A stretch of 64,000 nt of DNA, from positions 40,107,572 to 40,171,571 of the forward strand of contig CP154954.1 of the NCBI GenBank assembly GCA_039621445.1, read 5' to 3'. Below the pieces are notes generated by a model. That model worked only from the letters and a program-made list of their open reading frames with translations, ran no database searches and was not told where the DNA came from. The translations under genes were made by a program, and so were the position numbers. Below, one piece after another: positions 1 to 12,404 of the stretch (the first letter of the stretch is position 1; each line of letters opens with the position of its first letter). The stretch is from Euglena gracilis. Lineage: Eukaryota.

Positions 1-375
1 CTCTTCCAGCCAATCCTTTCAGCAAAGATCCAAATGTGGACCCGTCCCAAGAATAAGATCCCCTTAATGTCCATTGGAATTTTCAAATCAAAATAAAATG
101 TGGGATACGGTACTGCTCTGATGGTATGTGCACTCCATTTGTGTGCGTGTGGCAAAGGTTCTTTGGATCAACACCAACTGATTACAAAGCTGTAGCTTAA
201 GTTTTCACTGTATCCTGCTGCTTTAACTTTTGGGAACCTGTCTGTCCCCACCAATTGTTTTGGCCAAGTTTTTGGAAAGAGCAGGATGAAACGTCCATGA
301 CAGATTTACGATTGGCCCCCAAACTTGGCCCACACACAGGGAATGGGAAAGAAGGGAAAAAGAAAAGCATACCCG

Positions 376-790
376 CCCCCCCCCCCGGGCAATTGTCGCG
401 CAACAAATCGGACAGCACGGAGGGGGGTGACAATTTCCCAGGGTGACAATTTGGCCAGCACAGAGGGGGGTGACAATTGCCCGGGGGCGTCAATTGCCCG
501 GGGACGTCAATTGCCCACCCATGTAGGCCACATTAAATCCAAATGACCAAGAACACCATCTGAAACACCAGTGAACCCGCAAAAATGCAGCTATGGTTGT
601 GATATTGTGCAGAGCATTTGGTGAGGATCAATCGAGCCGTGCCGGCGAAAAGAAAGTTCACAAACATCTTCTGTGGGGGGGGGGGTGACAAATTGGGCAG
701 CACAGAGGGGGGTGACAATTTCCTGGGGTGACAAATTGGCCGGCACAGCCAGGGGTGACAATTGCCCGGGGGCGTCAATTGCCCGGGGGG
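376..790. repeat. Two copies (376-519, 674-790) of a GGGGTGACAATT / CAATTGCCCGGGG repeat element
   Basis: Near-identical blocks CAGCACAGAGGGGGGTGACAATT..GACAATTGCCCGGGGGCGTCAATTGCCCGGGG. Confidence 0.8.
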
Positions 791-2525
791 GGGGAGGGCG
801 GGTATGGTGTTGATCCTGCTGATCGTCTCCCCTCCAAATGAGCACGGTGCACAGCACTACAGGGGAAAAAAATGACGTTGGGCCGTGGAGGTGCACTCAA
901 AAGGCATCTCCTTTTTCTAAAAAAAAAATGTCATGAACGTTGCCTTTTGGCGGTCGTCCATGCATGAAAGGCATACTTAGACTACCCGCCAGCTTGGGCG
1001 GGACACAATCGCTGATGCAATATTTCAGAGTGACCACTCAACAAATCACCAAATATTAAACTCCCACCACACAATAAAAATGATCCCCCCCACCTGGAAA
1101 CCTCCATTTGAACTCAAAACAATTGAAAACCTCACAATGATTCAATCAAAAAGAGAAGCTCATTTGCAGAAGAACTGCCAGCACAAGATGTGACCAAAAA
1201 CCTTACGAAAAACTGGCTTTTTTGAAAAAATTCTGAGGCACCAAAAAAAAAAACCTGCGCAACAAATAGACCAGGGGTGAAATTGCAGCAAAAAATTGCA
1301 GTGGAGGGGGGGTTGTAAAAAGTTGCAAACGGGCCATGCCGGGGTTGCCAGGGGGTGAACACCTCTGCAGGGGGGAACGGTGAAAGAACGACAGGGGATT
1401 GTTTTAAAAACGTGAGGTCAAGTGGAGGTGACTCAGGCCAGGTCCTTAGTAAAAAAAAAAATGGATGAACGTGGGGTGTCGCCATGCCGGATTACTTAGA
1501 CTCACCCCGAGGGAATTCCCCTACTTTGCGTTGTTCGCTGATTTCGAATGCTTTTGGAGTTGCAGATTCTTCTGCTATTCATTCTTTGCAATATTCATTG
1601 TGAAGTGACCATAACTCACCACAATCAACACCCTCACCGAAACCCATAAAACTCCAAATTAAAAAATGCACAAAAGCATTCATATTCAAAAAATGACGAA
1701 TTTCCTTCCCATCAATTTTTGCCCGGGTGAGGAACCTTGGGTTTAAAATGGGAGGAATCCAATCCATTTGAAAGACCTTCTGTGAATCACTCACATTTGA
1801 AGAAAAAAAAACCTCCGCATAGCTTCTATCATCATTAGCCCAAGAATTTGAGAGCAGCCCAGCAGCCGGTGATTAATGCAGTCAAAAGGGTTCAGAGTGG
1901 TCTAATGCGCCATTGCCAGAGTTGCGGGAACCAAAATGCCAAAATGCGGGAACCAAAAATGGTTGGTGGTGGCCGGGTGCACCCACCACCAACCATAGCA
2001 CTTTGCGACGAAAAACGTTGATATTTTTTTGACCAGAGAATTTCTGAGGCACCAAAAGAATGGAAGGCGTGGGAACCTGCCCCGCCTATCAGGATGGAGT
2101 GGAGGACACCAGTGGCAGGGGAAAAGTGGAAATCTCAGGAAATTCTATGATTCTGCGCTGGTCAATCGGTTCTGACAGGCAAAAAATTGGGCAAAATTTT
2201 GTGGAAGGTGCTCTTTTTAAAAAAAGTTTGCGCAAAACACTGGAAAGAAATACGCACGTTTTGGGGCGTTTCGGGGTTGGCCTGGACCCCCTTGGTGGTC
2301 ATGGGGGTGTGATCTGGACCTTCCTGCAGTCTGCGGGGAAAGCACCAAAACCCTGACCCTCCACCGTTGGCTTTTGGGGAGTCCCAGTCAACCCTGGTGA
2401 TTGCTGAAGGAGGTTTGCTGTGGCAGGTCAGGAAGAGCCTGAGGTCACAGGAATGAAGGTTACGATGCCTTGGGTCAGAGAACATAACAGATGGTGGGCC
2501 TGGAGGAGGGTCTGGTGGTGGGGTC

Positions 2526-3541
2526 CAGGCTTCTGTTTAAGACACCCGGGGGGTCCCCCCACCCACCCGGCCCGGTGCAGAATGGCCCCCCCCCCCCCCC
2601 CCGGGGAGGTGGGGCGTGGGCCAGGCTTTTGCTTAAGGATGGGGGGGGGGCGCTGGCTAGCCATTTACTAGACACTGGAAAAGAGGCACTAGCTAGACCC
2701 CCCTCCCCAGGGGGAGGGGTCCCGAATGGAAAAAAAAATTCATCCGTAGCTCTCCACCATCGGTGGAAATCGGGTGTGAAATGCATTGTTTTTTGGCCAA
2801 TTTGTTCCAGAAAAATCTCAAAGCTGGCCAAAAATGGGCATTTTTGGCCGGTTTTTGGGGTTCAAAATTTTTTCGGCGCTTCACGCCGGTTATTAGAAAG
2901 GGTTTTCCAGCACTGGCCCTGCCAGCGGTCCTCCCAGGTCCCTGAGCATTTCCACTGGCCAATTTGGACTAGCTGTAGTCCGTAGTCCACCCTGGGGGGG
3001 GGGGGGGTACAGTGAACCTTTAAGCAAAAGACAGGCGGGGATACCCCCTAACCATTATCGGGCTGTCTAAGGGTATTTCCCAAAAAAAATTCCGGCGCAT
3101 TGCACTGAGACCCATGTTTGGGCCTCCGACCATACAATTGCTTACCGACCCCGGTGGGGGGGGGGGGTCACTCCACTTTTTTAAAAACCAGTCAGTCACT
3201 CAGAATAAACCAGCCAGCCAGTCATTACCCCTCCCCGGGGGGGGGGGTCGGCCACTCAGAAAAACGGCCACTTTCCAGTCACTTTAGGCCATTGTAGGCC
3301 CAAAAAAAAGTTTCCGCCGCCTTCGGCGGCGGGTTCACTCAAGCCTCTTTTCCCGACTCCTGGCCTACCCCCCCCCGGGGGGGGAGGGGTCCGGGCCAAA
3401 AACCAGTCAGTCACTTTGAAAAAACCAGTCACCCACCCCCCCGGGGGGGGGGGGGGAGGGGTTGGTCAGTGCTTAAGCAATTGCCTGCCTCCGACCCGGG
3501 GGGGGGGGGGTTCCAAATTAAAAAAAAAAAGAAGAAGCCTG
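2526..3541. mobile_element. Nested MITE stack (outer CAGGCTTC element, inner family-C copy 2622-3034, plus a CCAGTCAGTCACT-type repeat)
   Basis: Outer ends CAGGCTTCT / AGAAGCCTG. Flanks GTGGGGTC / GTTGGGTT (6/8). Confidence 0.65.
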
Positions 3542-3686
3542 GTTGGGTTGCCCCTTCGTTCGTTCAACGGTCTCCTTTACCGCATCCCCCCAGCCACCGT
3601 CCTCCCACTGAGGGGCGTTGCCCCCCACACACAGACCCCACCCCACCGGAGGGCGGGGGGGGGGGGAGGAGCGGGGGGGCAGCGGG

Positions 3687-6600
3687 TCAGTAGTCGTCGT
3701 AGAGGACGTCCTCCCAGAAGCTGTTGGGGTTCACCATGCCCACCTTGCGGCTGCAGTTGCCGGCCCCGCCCGGCGGCCGATTGGGTTGGGGGGGCGCCTT
3801 CGGCACGCCGGGCCTCCCGGGGCGTGCCCGGACTTCGATGCCCTCCGCCGGGGGGGGGGGGGTCAGAAAAGCGTGTGAGAAAAAAAGAGAATGGGGGGCA
3901 TGGACGCCGGAACGCCAATTGACCACCACCGGGGGAAACTCGTCCCCCCCCCCCCCCCCCAGGTGCAGGTTGCTCCCGAGCACGTCCAAAGGCAGGCCAA
4001 CCCAGCAGCCGCCCGCCCACCCACAGGGGAACGCATCGCCGCCTCCCGAGGATGAGGCGGCCAGCGGGGGCTGCCGGGCGGGGGACGTGGGCGAAGGTGT
4101 GGCAGTTGTCGGTGCCAGGGATTTTTTTAAGACCAGGGGGGGTCAGCACCCACCCACCCACTCCCTGGGCCCCCCAGGGGGGAGGGGGGAGTTCCAGGGG
4201 GACCCACCCACCTTTGCCCGAAAATGGCCAAAAAAATGGCCAAAATAGCACCTTTTCAAAATTTTCAGCGCCTTTGGCGCCGAAAAAGATATACCCACCA
4301 GCCCCTCCCCCCCCCCCCCCGGGGGCCAAGGGACCCACCCACCCTACCCCCCCCGGGGGGGGGGTCCAAGACTATACCCCTGGTCGGTGTATTGCTTGAA
4401 CTCTGGGTGCTCCATCGCCCAGCACAGCAGCTCTGTAGTGGTGAGGCGCACGTCGGTGGTCGACCTGCAGCATACGGCAAGGGGGGCGTGAGGGGGGTTG
4501 GGGGCTTGGTTGAGGACCACAGTTGGGGGTCAAATCTGCGGGTCTCCGGATTCTGAACATTCTTTGTGCATGTCTTCCAGGGTTGAAGGAGAAGGAGAAG
4601 CAGGGGAAGTCTTATCACCCTTAAATTTTTTTAAAGAATGCGCCCAAAGAGACGGGCCATACCATGTAGCTCACCGTCCCCACCCCCTGCCGCTTGTTCA
4701 CAAATCACCAGCCAGTCACCGCCTTGAAACCAATCAGCAACTTCCACCCCCCCCCCGAAAGGCAGTCACTCCAGCACTCCCACCGACGCATTGATTCAAC
4801 CATATCCACTCATGGCAAATCGGAGTTGGGGTCGTTGGATCTATGTTGAAAGTGTTGAAATGATCCAATTGTCTTGAGATTGAAGAAGGAAGGTACGGGA
4901 TCAGAGTTTAAGGATCCCTGCACCCACCCTTAGGCCCTCTGGGGGGGGGGGGGGGCTGTGCGGGGGTGATCACCCCCCACGCACCACAGCACCCTGGAAG
5001 GAAAATTCCTTCGACACGGAAGGAAAATATTGAGCTAAAAAACCGGTGCCCCCAGAATGGTGGAACGTCGTGGGTTGCCCCTGCACACATGCACATCCGG
5101 TTGGTTGTGCCGCACACGGTGGCACACTGTGCACGTCCAAGCAAAAGGTGTGCCGTGCTGGAAATCCAACACGCAATCCTCTCCGAAACACTGCGCCAGT
5201 ACTCGGGGTGAACGGCTGTTCCAAAACGTTCGGGTGTGTTCCGGGGCGCAGTGGAAGAGCTCGCCTTTGACGAAGAGGGGTTGAATCCATAACAGAAGGC
5301 TTGGTGGCAGGGGAGCCACCCATGGGTTTAGAGAATCCCTGTATAACCCTGGGGGGTCAACTTTGGGGCCCAAAAAAAAATGGCGCTTTGCACCGAAATT
5401 AGAGGAACCCCCCCCCTCCGGGTAGCACCTGCCCCCCCCCCCGTGAGGCAGGGAAAAATTCAACCTCCCTGAGCTAAGAGAGTCTCTGCATGCCATGAAT
5501 ATTGATAGGAAAGGTTTGATCAAAATTGGTCATGTGAAGGACCAAACTGCCAGTCCACACTCGCAGCTCCGGAATCCATGGCAAGCACGGCGTGGCACAC
5601 TGGACGAGGTGCGGCGCTTTGCGTTGCGACAGCCGGCCGGGCCCAAACCATTTGCCCCGGCTGCGAACGGCATCATCCTGCCCGGCAAAAAGAATGCACA
5701 GAAACCACCGCAGCGAAAACAAAGAACTTATTGAGACCATGGCTGGCTTCTGCTCAAATGAAGCAGAATGAAGAGAAGGAAGGGTGTCCCCCCACCCCAC
5801 CTAAACAATGGCGGTCTGGGTCTGGGTGGGTAACTGGTTTTCGGCCCAATGCAAAGTCTCAGGCCGAAAATGAAAGTGCCATTTTGGGAGGGGGAGGGGG
5901 GCAGCTGGCTGACCCCTTGGGGAGTCCACCCAGCTGCAATGGACCCTGAGCTCAACAGAATCCATAGCTGACCCATGGCTCATTTTCGCAATTTCAGCTG
6001 GAGCAGGAGGGCCCACTGCGGCATGATATCTTGCTGATCGATCCAACGGAAATTTCCGAAATGTGAAAAGCGCCGGAAGGAAAAACTTGAACTGTTTTGG
6101 GGGGTCAGGTACCCTCCGCGTCGGTCCGGACCCCCTTGGCAGGTGGGGGGGGGGGGGCGGACACCCCCCCCGGTCTGGAGGGAGGGACACCTCCCACCTA
6201 AACCTCGCACACACCTTTTCCTTTTTTCGAACCCCCCTGCCTCTCGGCCGAATTAGGTTCCATTTTTTGACAAAAGACGAGCTGTTCGGCAACAGTGCAT
6301 CTATTCAGCTTTGAGTAAAGTTTCAAAACTTTCCATTTGATCAAGGGAAAGAAGAAGCTACGCAATCCGATGAACGCATTAACAAAGCAAATTCCTTAGC
6401 AGAAGAGGGTTGAAAGTTCTAGTAGTAGGTGTTAAAAAAAAAACTGAAAATAAATCAACAAACCTGGGGAATTGCGAAAAACGCCTCGGCAACAACATAC
6501 AGGCAACGTGCCCCCCAAACAAACAGCCAAATACCACAACAACAAGGAAAATAAATTCTCACTTTGTCAAGAAAGGATGTGTTGTCTTTCCTTTTTCGGC

Positions 6601-9600
6601 CATTTTCGGCTGAAATTGGCTGCGTACGTGCCCAAAAAACGAGCGATCTGCCCCGGCTAGAGGTCGGCGATCCTTTACCTAATTGTTGCGAAGGGCGCCG
6701 GGCAGACAGACGCAATTTGGCCTGCGGCGGGCGTGCGTAAAACGCAGCAGTTACCGCCCGGGAGGCGCAAAATAGCACGTTGGTAACGGACTCCCCAAAA
6801 AACGTCATATTTCAGCCATTTTCGGCCGAAATTGGCTGCGTCGGCACTCCAAAAACGAGCGCTCTGCCCCTGGTACGAGCCTTGGGCCACCTTCTCGGGG
6901 CCAACGGGGCAATGATCCAGCGCATCTTCCACAAAAGCATTGTGGAAGATGGCAGGTGTAGCACGCTGCATCTGAACCAACGGGGAAAAGAATGATATCG
7001 GTCGGAGGATAACCAAACAGGCTTCTTTTTGAGACCCCGGAGGGGGGTCCCCTATGCAACCGGCCTGGCACGGGCCCGCGGGGGGGGAGGGAGAGCACCC
7101 AGAAAAATCGGGCTGTCTAAAGGCATTTCCCCAAAAAGATTTTGGTGCTTTGCACCCAAAACCATACTCGGGCCTCCGGCCCCGGTCCCCCCAGGGAGTG
7201 TCAGGTCCCAGACACATCCACCCCCTGGGAAGCCTTCCAAGTTAAAAAGAAGCCCTTTAACTACATTCCAAGGCTGGTGGCAGGCACACTTTTGCTTCAA
7301 CCTGGGCAGAGAGCGGAAGCCACACGTGTCTCACAGAAGCCACACATCTCAGCTCACAGATGGCAAATCTCTCTCCCATTCCTACACTTCTCATTTTCCC
7401 AACAAAGTCCTTCAGCGGGTGTTAGGGTCCCAAGTGAGCCGTGAACACGGGGGTGCCCGTGGAAATCGGTGGGGGTGGGGGGCACATCGGGCAGACCTTC
7501 CGCTTGAAGCGGGAGATGGCCACGCCGTCCCGCCACTTCTCCAGCACGTACATCCACGTCTCCGTCTCCACCAGGATGTACCTGCGCCGCCCGATTCGAA
7601 AGGTCAGCGGCGCTGCCCCCCCCCCCCCGGCGGCTCTCCAACCAATTTGTAACCCATCGGGACAGCCATCGCGATACACTCAAGGACGGCAGCAACGATT
7701 CTTGTAAGCAGGCACGTCGAAAACGTGGAATTTCACGGGTTTCTGCCAGAACCAGGGCACCCGAAAAAAAGAGTCACATCGCCAAAAAAAAACGGAATGA
7801 GGAGCCTCACAAGCTTGCTGGTGGATACGCGCTGAATAATAACACACAGGAAGTGAAACACATACGGGTGAATGATCGGCAGGATGGGCCGGGGCTTGAT
7901 TGTCTCCTCGTACAGTGCCACGCTTTTGATGGGCTCATCCCGGTAGCGGAGGTTCATGAAATCCACCCCCCACACACCTGGGCAGGGGAAGATCACAATA
8001 AACATGAGCACATACCTGACGTTGCTCTAAAGAGAGAGATGGCATTGCTGTTTCACTGAGACAGTTGAGAATGGTGAAATAAATCTGTTGTTTGGAATGG
8101 CACCAATTGGCCTCTCCGCTTTTTTCTTTCTTCGACTGTTGGAGCACCGAACATCTGCGCCGGGAATCAGTTCAACATCGCTTCCCTTTCTGTTGGGATT
8201 ACAACAGCAATATCCATTCAACCCAATCCTTAAGATGCAAGATGGTGAAGGAAAAAAATATATTTCCCCCCATTAATTTCCAAAGCGTTTCAAGTTTCCA
8301 TCTTTGTTCCATTTCCATTTGTAGGCTGCAGCAATTGAGTAGTTTTGTCGTTGCAATTATTGCCTCCAACGTCATCATCCCCAACAGTGCCGTGCAAATT
8401 TTGTAAAAACACGCAAGCGGGAACACCTTCTGTGATGGTAAAGAAAATATCAGCTTCATACATCAACTTAATACTTATTTATTTTACCCCCGTGCTGCAA
8501 GAAACCGTTCACCAAGGGCTAGAGGCACCTGGAGACATCGTAAAAACGTGCATTGTGCGCGTTCTGCATGCTTGAGCAGATGGTATAAGAACCTGCAATT
8601 TCCCTTCTTTTGCTGGGAAGAAATTTATAATTTATAAAACTGTGATCAAATGGAATCTATTCAGGGTAAACCACCCCCCAAATAAACTGGCAGGTACCTT
8701 GCTCCTGGCGGTGGCCGAAAAACCTGGGCGGGGAGGTGGGGGGGGGGTGAAAAAAGGTGGTTCCAATAACTTGTCACCCCCCCTTTTTCCGGCAAGTTCC
8801 TTTCCTTTTCCGACCGCTTGAAAAAAGCCAATGGCCCTCGCCAGGGGGGGGGGGCGGCAATGTGGATGTTCATCGTAGTACCTCAGGTAGCCTGGAGCCA
8901 CAAAAGTCAATGCTCCTCCTCCCGCCGGAAGCAATTTCAGCAAGGGGCACGGGAGGGGATCAGAAAAAAAGAAAGGGAAGAAAAGGGGCGTCCAAAACTC
9001 AACTCGGGGAACAACCCCCTTTGTTACAACTCAGGGTGAAATGAATTACTGTGGGTCCCCTGGGAAGACAAATCGGGGTGGGCTTTCTTAGACACTGCAA
9101 ACATGCGCGAACCTACCACACGGAAAAGTATGCCCTGCCGGGAATCAGCGGAAAAAGCAAAAAAACAAAATATTGAAAATAAAAAAAGATAGGGAAAAAA
9201 ACGGAAAAAAGCAAAAGCGTCAAAAATTCCATACGTAAAAAAGCTGATACAAAAATGTCCCAGAATCACAAAAAAAAAGTTGTCAAAAATTGAAAAATGG
9301 AAAAAAACACGCCAACAAAACACTCTCACAATGGCAGAACAGAAAAGCATCATGCGCCCAAAACCTTCACCAAAAAAACAACACCATACCATCAATTTCT
9401 GAGATAAAAAAGAGTGAAAAAAAATCTAACTTCAAAAATTTCCACAAATGAAAAGCACAACACACAAAATGGCCAAAAACAAAACCTTCTGTAAATTAAA
9501 AAAAAATCACAAAAATAACAAAAAAAAAACAACCCCAAAAACCATAAGTGTGGCAAAAAATTGGTTCCGCGCTGTGAGGCAACAAGAAAAAACGGACGCC

Positions 9601-12404
9601 AGGGGGGAGGGGGGAAAAAAGACCCCACAAAAAACAAATAACCCTACCGCGTCACCCCCCGCCCGCCCCCATTGAAAAAAAAAACAGAAAAAGCACCCCG
9701 GCCCCCTTGCCCACCTCAAACCCACCCCCAAAACCTCGGTGCATCCCAGCCCCCACATCGTTGGCCCACCGCCCGCCGGGCCGGCGGTTTTACCCTGGTT
9801 GCCCATTCCCCCCCCCCGACACCCCGAAAAAAAAAGCCGGGGGGGGGGTAAGGCTCCCCAGAACCCAAGCGACCACCATACACCGACCCGAAGATCTCCT
9901 CTCGTCGAGCTGCGCCTCGGTGTCGCTGTCCGCGTCCTTCCCCTCGCCCCCCTCTGCCCGCCGCTGCCTCCGCCGCTGCTGGTCCGCCTCCGTCAGCTCC
10001 CGCAGCCGGTCCCGCACATGCTACGGGGGGGGGGGGGGCAGGCCCTGCCACCCCACAGGTGGGAGTCCCCGGCCTCGGGGGAAGGCTGTGCCACGGGGAA
10101 GGCCACAAACAAGTTTCCACCTTTGTTTCAACCTCAGAGGTGCACGGGAAAACTGGGGGGGGGTCGGACCCACCACCCACCCACCGCCCATCGGGTTTCG
10201 GGATTTCCCGTACAGCCCTGCCCTACACCTACCTACCCAACACTGCCTCACAGGCCAGCGCCGCCCCACACCTGGGCCACCGGGACGGTCGCCTCCGGCC
10301 CCTCCGTCACCGCCTTGCGGCAGAACTTTGCGCCGGCGGCGCTGCCGAGGTACCGCCGCTTCGCCCAGAAGATGACGCAGCCCCCCGCCACGATCTGCGG
10401 GGGGGGGGGCGGAGGGGCGCGGGGAGGGGGGGGGGGGCATCATTGTGCTTGCAGCTGTTCCTGGGACGCCACACACATGCAAATGAGCATTCGAGCAAAA
10501 AAAAAAGAGGCTCCAAAATCCACCCACACGTCAACAAACTGCAAAACGCTGTGTCGAGGAGGAAGGCCATGTCCACAAAAAATGATTTGTCACCGTTCCA
10601 ACAGGCAGAAATTGCAAGCTCTGCCAATTGTGTCGTTTCGTTAACCAGGTTTTGAATCGGGCTGAGCTCTTTGTTATCAAAAGCAACACGCCCGGCGGTG
10701 CGGCCCTGCAGAACGGCCACAGGGATGTATGGGAAGCCTTGGGGGGACCCCCTCCCAATAGAGGGGGGTGGGTCAGACCCCCCTCAAACCTCGAGACTGA
10801 AGGGGGCCAGGAAAATTTTCGATTTTGTGGACTGGGAAAGGGCGGATACCAGGCCAAAATTGGTATAAAAAAATCGGTGATTTTTCTTTGAAAATAAATT
10901 AAAAAAAATGCTCATTTTTCAAAAGTTTAGAACACTTTTTATGTGGGAAACACCAAAACATCAAAAATTCTGCAATATCCTCAAAAGTGAGGAAAAACAC
11001 TTTTTTGCTCACTTTCCGGCGCTGTGTGCCGGAAAAGAAAATTTGCTACTTTTGGAACCTGCCAGGGGGGGTGGGGGTCCAGACCCCCCCCCCACCTGCC
11101 TCAAAACCAAAGGGCTTCCCATCGATCCCTGCCTGGAGTGGCCTGGCAGTCCGGCCCGGCCCCACCCGGCCCGGCCCGACTACTCAGCGGAAAAATTGAT
11201 TCATTGACCCAAAAACGGCCGAGAATGGCAGAGATGGAGGGCTGCAGCACTGTTTTGCAGCGTAAACGTGCCGTATCTCGGGCCAAGTGCTTCATTTGAC
11301 GTTTCAAACGTTTTCTTTCATTTTGCGTAATTTTCGAGATATTTTGAGAATTGTGTGTTTTTTTTAGCCCATTTTCACCAAAAAACCGGACCAAAAACGG
11401 TCGAAAAACACAGCAAAAAAAAAACGGGGCTGTGGGCCAGCTATGCAGCTTCCAGGAAATCCAGGTATGGTTGGATAGGGCGTTGCACATGTTTGAATTT
11501 TTCTGTTGGGCCCTCTTTGCGACTCAGCAGCCATGGGGAGTTACTTCAAAATATGTAGTTTCTGGCTGGCAGAGAGACCCTGTTTTATAGTCCCTTTTTT
11601 GGACCTCGGCCTGTCAAAATGGGAATATCTCGTGTGGGTACAAAATTAGGATGACAAAAGGGTATCTCTGGATGCGAGGGACCGTGGGGATATTTTTCTC
11701 CAAGAAAAGTTCCCGGGGTGGGAGTCGGTTCACACCGGGAATCTTGGTTCTCCCGAGGTGGCCCCGAGAGGGGGGGGGTCAAAAGGGCCCCATGATAAGC
11801 TCTGCTCGGACATGAGCTTAGCGACCCCTCCCATATGATTGTCATCCCTACAGACTGTACGGCAAAACAATAAAAAACATTTTGGGCGAAAATGAGTGTC
11901 ATTTGGGGAAGGATCCTATTTTGTGTACACCGCATTGCCGCATTGCAAACATATTTTTCAGGATTTGGGATTTAAGCCCAGTCCCCTACACAACAAAGAC
12001 CGACAAATTACCTCTGCTGAACAAATTCAGTGCAATTCTCCCAAAATAGTACACACGAATCAGCATTGTCCACTACCAGAAAGCATGGATCACACAAACC
12101 CGGACTCGGGTTGATTATTTGGGTGGGTTTAGGGAGGGTCGCTCTGGTCCCCACTTCGCAACCTGTTTCGCCACAGAAATCCAACAGGTGGAGACGAAGA
12201 GTTGCGATGCAGCCAGGTCAGCAAACATAATTTCCGGTCAACACCGACTGCACTTGCACATACCACAGCACACCAACACCAGGATTAGGGGGAGAAAAGA
12301 TCAGAGGCACTGCCCACAGATAACGGCAAAACCCCTGCAAATCAGCGCAGTCCCGTCCCCGGGGGCAACCCATCGCAAAGGCGCACCTCGACGCCGCCAA
12401 ACAT
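3687..12404 (-). CDS. Multi-exon gene, ~240 aa, permuted papain-like/NlpC-P60 (PPPDE/LRAT-like) putative cysteine hydrolase
   Basis: Exons: 12387-12404, 10272-10394, 9888-10020, 7866-7977, 7497-7581, 5601-5677, 4386-4464, 4087-4110, 3687-3758 (723 nt, all phases consistent). Six GT-AG introns and two stem-defined introns. The C-terminal part reads ...PIIHPYILVETETWMYVLEKWRDG...ELLCWAMEHPEFKQYTDNCHTFAHNCSRK...DDY*, a His-before-NC layout typical of permuted papain-like enzymes. The first exon (MFGGVE) is the least certain. Confidence 0.72.
3759..4086 (-). other. Non-canonical ('intermediate', GT start but no AG) stem-defined intron
   Basis: The +4 arm CCCCGCCCGGCAGCC pairs 14/15 with GGCCGCCGGGCGGGG ending at -6. 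Junctions are C|G...C|A. Removal joins FAH|NCSRK in frame with the terminal exon. Confidence 0.75.
4111..4385 (-). other. Non-canonical intron formed by a MITE (4116-4382) with an 8-bp TSD
   Basis: Reads C|GAC CAGGG...CCCTG GCACC|GAC. Flanks on the + strand are GTCGGTGC (4108-4115) and GTCGGTGT (4383-4390). The 275-nt length is frame-breaking. Removal restores KQYT|DNCHTF. The body is colinear with MITEs at 20168-20430 and ~56270-56524. Confidence 0.88.
7018..7257. mobile_element. Degenerate CAGGCTTCTTTTT-ended MITE
   Basis: Ends CAGGCTTCTTTTT / AAAAAGAAGCC. Flanks TAACCAAA / TAACTACA. Confidence 0.55.
10720..11131. mobile_element. MITE (family E)
   Basis: TIR CAGGGATnnATGGGAAGCC at both ends. 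Related copies at 61489-62021 and ~45653-46000. The TSD is not preserved here. Confidence 0.75.

Noticed and set aside
6870-6971. Candidate exon MQRATPAIFHNAFVEDALDHC
   Set aside because: It is not needed (FKRK|DDAVR joins in phase) and runs into a duplicated ~58-bp repeat (6597-6655, 6813-6871).
8855-8892. Candidate exon GYLRYYDEHPH after a CAG acceptor
   Set aside because: The flanking exons (ending 9888 and starting 7977) already join in phase, and no compatible donor or stem was found.
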